Shown here: piece by piece, positions 59,560-64,000 of the stretch | How the letters are laid out: every line of letters begins with the position of its first letter | Numbering within the stretch: position 1 is the first letter of the stretch | Assembly (NCBI GenBank): GCA_964016885.1 | Contig: OZ024742.1 | Span: forward strand, 88,474,001-88,538,000 | Direction of reading: 5' to 3' | DNA: 64,000 bases | From: Eledone cirrhosa | Taxonomy: Eukaryota | Notes under the pieces: model-generated | Database searches by the model: none | Told to the model about the DNA's origin: nothing | The model's input: only the letters and a program-made list of their open reading frames with translations | Made by a program: the position numbers and the translations under genes

Positions 59560-61197
59560 ACTTGCATTTATCTTGCTTTATGTTCATACGAGTTATCACC
59601 AAGTCACAACCAGTGACCTCAACAGACAACAAGATCCGCCATGTTCAAGAAAGAACATACATACTCACACATGCATCTTTAGGTGTTTAGACTTGTGATG
59701 TACTTATATTGACAGAAACTTCCTTAATATATGGGCAGTTCCATTAGTACTATCTTTTGTATTTCTCCTATACGCGGATTTCCTGGGATTTGCGATAAGT
59801 AATCATTAGACCCCTTAGGTATCATTCCTAAATCGCCTACAACCAATGGTATTGTTTTAGTTCTCAATTTCCACATTTTTTCAATTTCTATCTCCAGGTC
59901 CTTATACTTGCTCAATTTTTCAGATGTTTTTATAGATACATTCTTGTCTATTAGAACGGACATATCTATTAGCAGGCATACTCTCTTTTTAAAGTCCTTC
60001 AGTATTATATCAGGTCTATATGCATCTATTCTTCGGTATGTTTGGATGCTAAAATTCCACAAGATTGAGATGTGATCTTTTTCAAGTATGGGAGGTGGCT
60101 GATGCACCCACCAATTCTTTTGATGGTGCAGGTCAAAATGCTTACACATTATCCAATGTATGTATTGTGCAGCTCTGTCATGCCTGTTTAGGTATTCGGT
60201 TGGAGCTATAGGACTGCACATTGAAATGATATGGTCAATGGTGTCTGGTTGTTTTTTACATACACCGCATAATGGGTTACATCCATTTTTTATTGTTGGC
60301 TTGGTAATATTTTGTTGGCAGACACTGATCTTGTGCTCATATAATCAGTCGTTCAGTCTCCGATTTCAGTCCAGAGGATGCCAACCACTGACATGTTAAA
60401 GTGTTGTCAACATCAGGATTGTTATCTCTTTCTGGGTATTTTCTATACAGAGGCTTTTCTTGCTATTTCTTAGCCAGTTTCTGTAGCAGTTCTTTCTTTG
60501 CAGTTACTTTTGCCTGCTTTACTTTTTCTGTGTTTTCCATTTCAACAGTAAAGATGTAGTCCATTACTGTATCTTTGTGCATCTTTTGAAATGGAGTATG
60601 ATCTCCTGATTCTTTCGTGTTTCAAATCGAGTTTGATCATCCAATCATGTGATTCCCTTAGATATGTAGATAATCCAATTGTTGCAGTTTTCAACGCAAT
60701 GTCTAACTGGATTAACCCACGTCCTCCTTTTTTCCTAGGGAGATATATTCTATCTGTATCTGCCTTAGGGTGATGCATTCTGTGCACAGTTAAGAATTTT
60801 CTAATTTTTGTATTGAGCCTACGGATCTCTGTGCTTGACCAGTTGATGACATTGTAACTGGTATGGCAAGCGTGTTTATGGCATCGATCCTATTCCTTGC
60901 ATTCAATTCCGTTCTTAAGATTACTCTTACTCTGCGGTTACGTTCCTTTCTTATCCTTTCCCTCATTGTCGAGTGCTTGATTCCGTCTTCTTCACAAAAA
61001 CCTAGATATTTGTAAGTTTCCTCTTGAAGAAGTACTCTTATCACATTCCCCTGATCAAGATGAATGTCTGAACTTTTCTGCAGCTTTCCTCTGGTAAACG
61101 TTGCTTTGGCGCATTTATCTTGTCCAAACTCCATTTTAATGTCATCACTGAACTGCTTCACAGTGGATAATAGCCCTTCCAATTGTTCATCATTTTT
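59560..61197 (-). mobile_element. R4/Dong D2, 5'-truncated and decayed
   Basis: Collinear with 26705-28357. Truncated just after the FYMDD region. Confidence 0.93.
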
Positions 61198-61244
61198 AAA
61201 TAAATAATAAACAATAATAATAATAATAATTATTATTATTATCA

Positions 61245-61541
61245 TTGTTCTTTGAGTCTCAATCATTGATGTTATTTAACTGGAAAGTTTGTTGAAATGA
61301 ATATCAAGTCACTACCTGCAGCCTCAGATATTCAGGACGTATCGGAGGGTTCTTGCTGTTCCCAACAAGCATGCCTTTTGAAGTGTTCCAAAAAGCGGGG
61401 TGAGACCAATTTTCTTTAACCATTTTTGGAAACTCTTTGAGATAGTACCTAGTGCACCTTGATTTCATGGCAGTTCCAAATCATTTTTACCTCCTTCTTT
61501 AAGTCCTGGTACGGGTTAATTTTCTTCCTCTCCTACTCTTG

Positions 61542-61543
<2 letters not shown>
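61245..61543 (-). mobile_element. R4/Dong D1, short 5'-truncated copy
   Basis: Same 3' UTR and ORF end as 12571-12890. (ATT)n flanks. Confidence 0.9.
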
Positions 61544-61573
<30 letters not shown>

Positions 61574-62294
61574 TCATCAAACACACACATGTGTATATAT
61601 AATCCAGAGTGTTGAATAGAAAAGCGGAAACCAGTATATGAGCGAACTGGTGTGTCAAACAAATAGTAATAAAATAATAAAAGTGTACGTGTATGGCTGT
61701 CTATATGCAAGCAGTATTGAGTATGTGTTTGCAAGGGGGGAGGGTGCTTCTGTACATATGCACGCCTGAGCAAGCGAAGAAACACTGTTTGATTGTTATT
61801 ATAGATCCTAGTCACTTATATATCCTGTCATGTCATTTTCCTCGTCTCATCCTCCATCCCCACATTGGTAAACATTGTTACCAACAGTAACACCATTACT
61901 ACCTTCCCATCACTAACACAACCAATAATATTGTGACAACCAATATCATTTCACCAAAAACGTCTTTAACATTAACACTATTACCAGCAAGAAAATTATC
62001 ACCAGCCTGGCCACAAACACAACAAACAAAACAGTAACAACACATATATCGTCAATTTCGTCATCAGCAACTGATCTCAAGTAACTAGTCGACAGCAGTT
62101 TTACGAATGCCATATGCTTGCAAGGAAAATAAGCCAGATGTTTACGACCAATATACTGTGTTTTACCGCCTTCACAGGTAAGTCTCCTTACATTGCAATC
62201 AGCTTTCATGTGTATTCTCCTCGTGCCAGGGGCTACCCCATCGATTAAATCTAGGTATTATTCCTTCTCGCCACGTAGCAATTTCATTCTCCAC

Positions 62295-62320
62295 ATATAT
62301 ATACATATGTATACATACAC

Positions 62321-62367
<47 letters not shown>

Positions 62368-62373
62368 TGTGTG

Positions 62374-62427
<54 letters not shown>

Positions 62428-62430
62428 GCA

Positions 62431-62461
<31 letters not shown>

Positions 62462-62462
62462 A

Positions 62463-62545
<83 letters not shown>

Positions 62546-62552
62546 CGTAACA

Positions 62553-62596
<44 letters not shown>

Positions 62597-62611
62597 ATAT
62601 ATATATATATA
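62295..62611. repeat. Compound (TA)n/(TG)n microsatellite
   Basis: Direct reading. Confidence 0.95.
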
Positions 62612-63010
62612 CTTCTACCTGTTCCAGCCAACCGCCAATATACATATATATATAACCAGAAATGTTATATGGTTCGTTGATTATAATCAATTTGTTGAAT
62701 AATTATTGAACGAATTCAATTTTACAATTTTTCTCTCCACAACTTCCCTTCTATATTTCCTTGTTGCTTTACATCTTTTTCTCTAAGATTATCATATTAT
62801 TTGTGGTATATAAAGGTTGAGTGTTGGGGAAATAACTTACTACCACTACAGGGATTGAAAATTCAAGACCTTAGGGTTATGTCGTATAACAAATCTCTTA
62901 TATATTTTATCTGACGAAAACGTACTTAAACACCATTGTACCTTTGAAATATGTATAATAAAATATATACATTGCTTATGCTAATATTTCTCATTTATTA
63001 ATATTTTGAA

Positions 63011-63078
<68 letters not shown>

Positions 63079-63488
63079 TAACCGATATATACATATATGA
63101 GTGTGCTTGTGTGTGTATGTGTGTGTGTGTATATATGTGTGTGTGCTCTTTTCTTTTAGACTTATGTTTTGAAAAGGTGACTAATCAAGATGCCTAAATA
63201 TTTCACAGTTTGTTTAACAGGTGACGTGCTAATATTTATTTATTATGAAATTCGAGGACACATTTGAAATTCATAGACAAGTGTCTGTCTGACTGTCTGG
63301 AGGTGTGTTTGCACAGGGATCAAGGTGGGAACAGACTAATTGAGAAAATTATGTTGAGCCTCTTGAGAAAGGAAATACACGCAGACACACACACATACAC
63401 TCACTCATACACATACACATACACACATATATATATATATATATACATAGTGACACACACACAGACACGCATATATTCATATAGATAC

Positions 63489-63530
<42 letters not shown>

Positions 63531-63816
63531 GCACATTAAAATATATTTATACACACATACAAATATATGTAATATATATATATATAATAACAAAGTGTGT
63601 TTGGTTAGAGAACAGGTGAATCATATCGCACCAGAGTATACTTGGCATTCAGGTCCTCGACGGCTGAACTCCTGCAATTTCGACAACTATATACATATAT
63701 ATAGTGATTGTAACTTCCAATTACTGTAGGTTCACCAGATTGAGCACTCAATGCGTAGTTTCCAGTAAGTATAGAGGTGTAGTACTAAGCAGAGTGTAAT
63801 TATTATAATAATAAAA

Positions 63817-63966
63817 AGGACGATTTGTTATGGTTTCATCACGTTTATTATGTAGTGACGTGCGTTTCGCTATTGATCAGCTCAAGGTAGGATCAGCTCA
63901 AGTTGATCAATAGGGAAATGTGCGTCACTACTCAATAAACGGAATGAAGACATAACAAATCGTCCT
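63817..63966. repeat. 150-bp imperfect palindrome (66-bp arms, 18-nt loop)
   Basis: AGGACGATTTGTTATG / CATAACAAATCGTCCT, GTAGTGACG / CGTCACTAC, CTATTGATCA / TGATCAATAG. Confidence 0.9.
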
Positions 63967-64000
63967 GTTTGTTATACACCCCCTCCCACACACACACACA

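Noticed and set aside
62193-63539. YI/CV/TH-repeat ORFs (also at 143-526 and 5942-6825)
   Set aside because: Translations of dinucleotide microsatellites.

Overview
AT-rich, microsatellite-rich metazoan genomic DNA. The SINE and repeat content resemble octopod cephalopods (inference). No intact host gene is visible. Roughly two thirds of the window is non-LTR retrotransposons in three nested arrays built on (ATT/AAT)n microsatellites: ~12.5-30.6 kb, ~31.7-37 kb and ~47.7-61.6 kb. In these arrays the Tx1/L1-clade two-ORF elements (APE-RT) lie on + and end in (ATT)n, while the R4/Dong-clade single-ORF elements (RT-RLE) lie on - and end in (TAA)n. One R4/Dong copy has an intact 1130-aa ORF and one Tx1 copy has a near-intact ORF2. 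Also present are RTE, CRE and CR1-like relics, tRNA-type SINEs, three fold-back repeats and a possible decayed Toll-like receptor gene at 0.6-9.1 kb. The main hypotheses are: (1) the Tx1 ORF2 sits between a conserved splice donor at the ORF1 stop and a conserved acceptor in the 3' UTR; (2) two endonuclease classes use opposite strands of one self-renewing microsatellite target; (3) divergent R4/Dong families share a 5' pseudoknot and a covarying 3' stem-loop; (4) the SINE and the Tx1 elements share a 3' terminus. All alignments and folds were done by eye.
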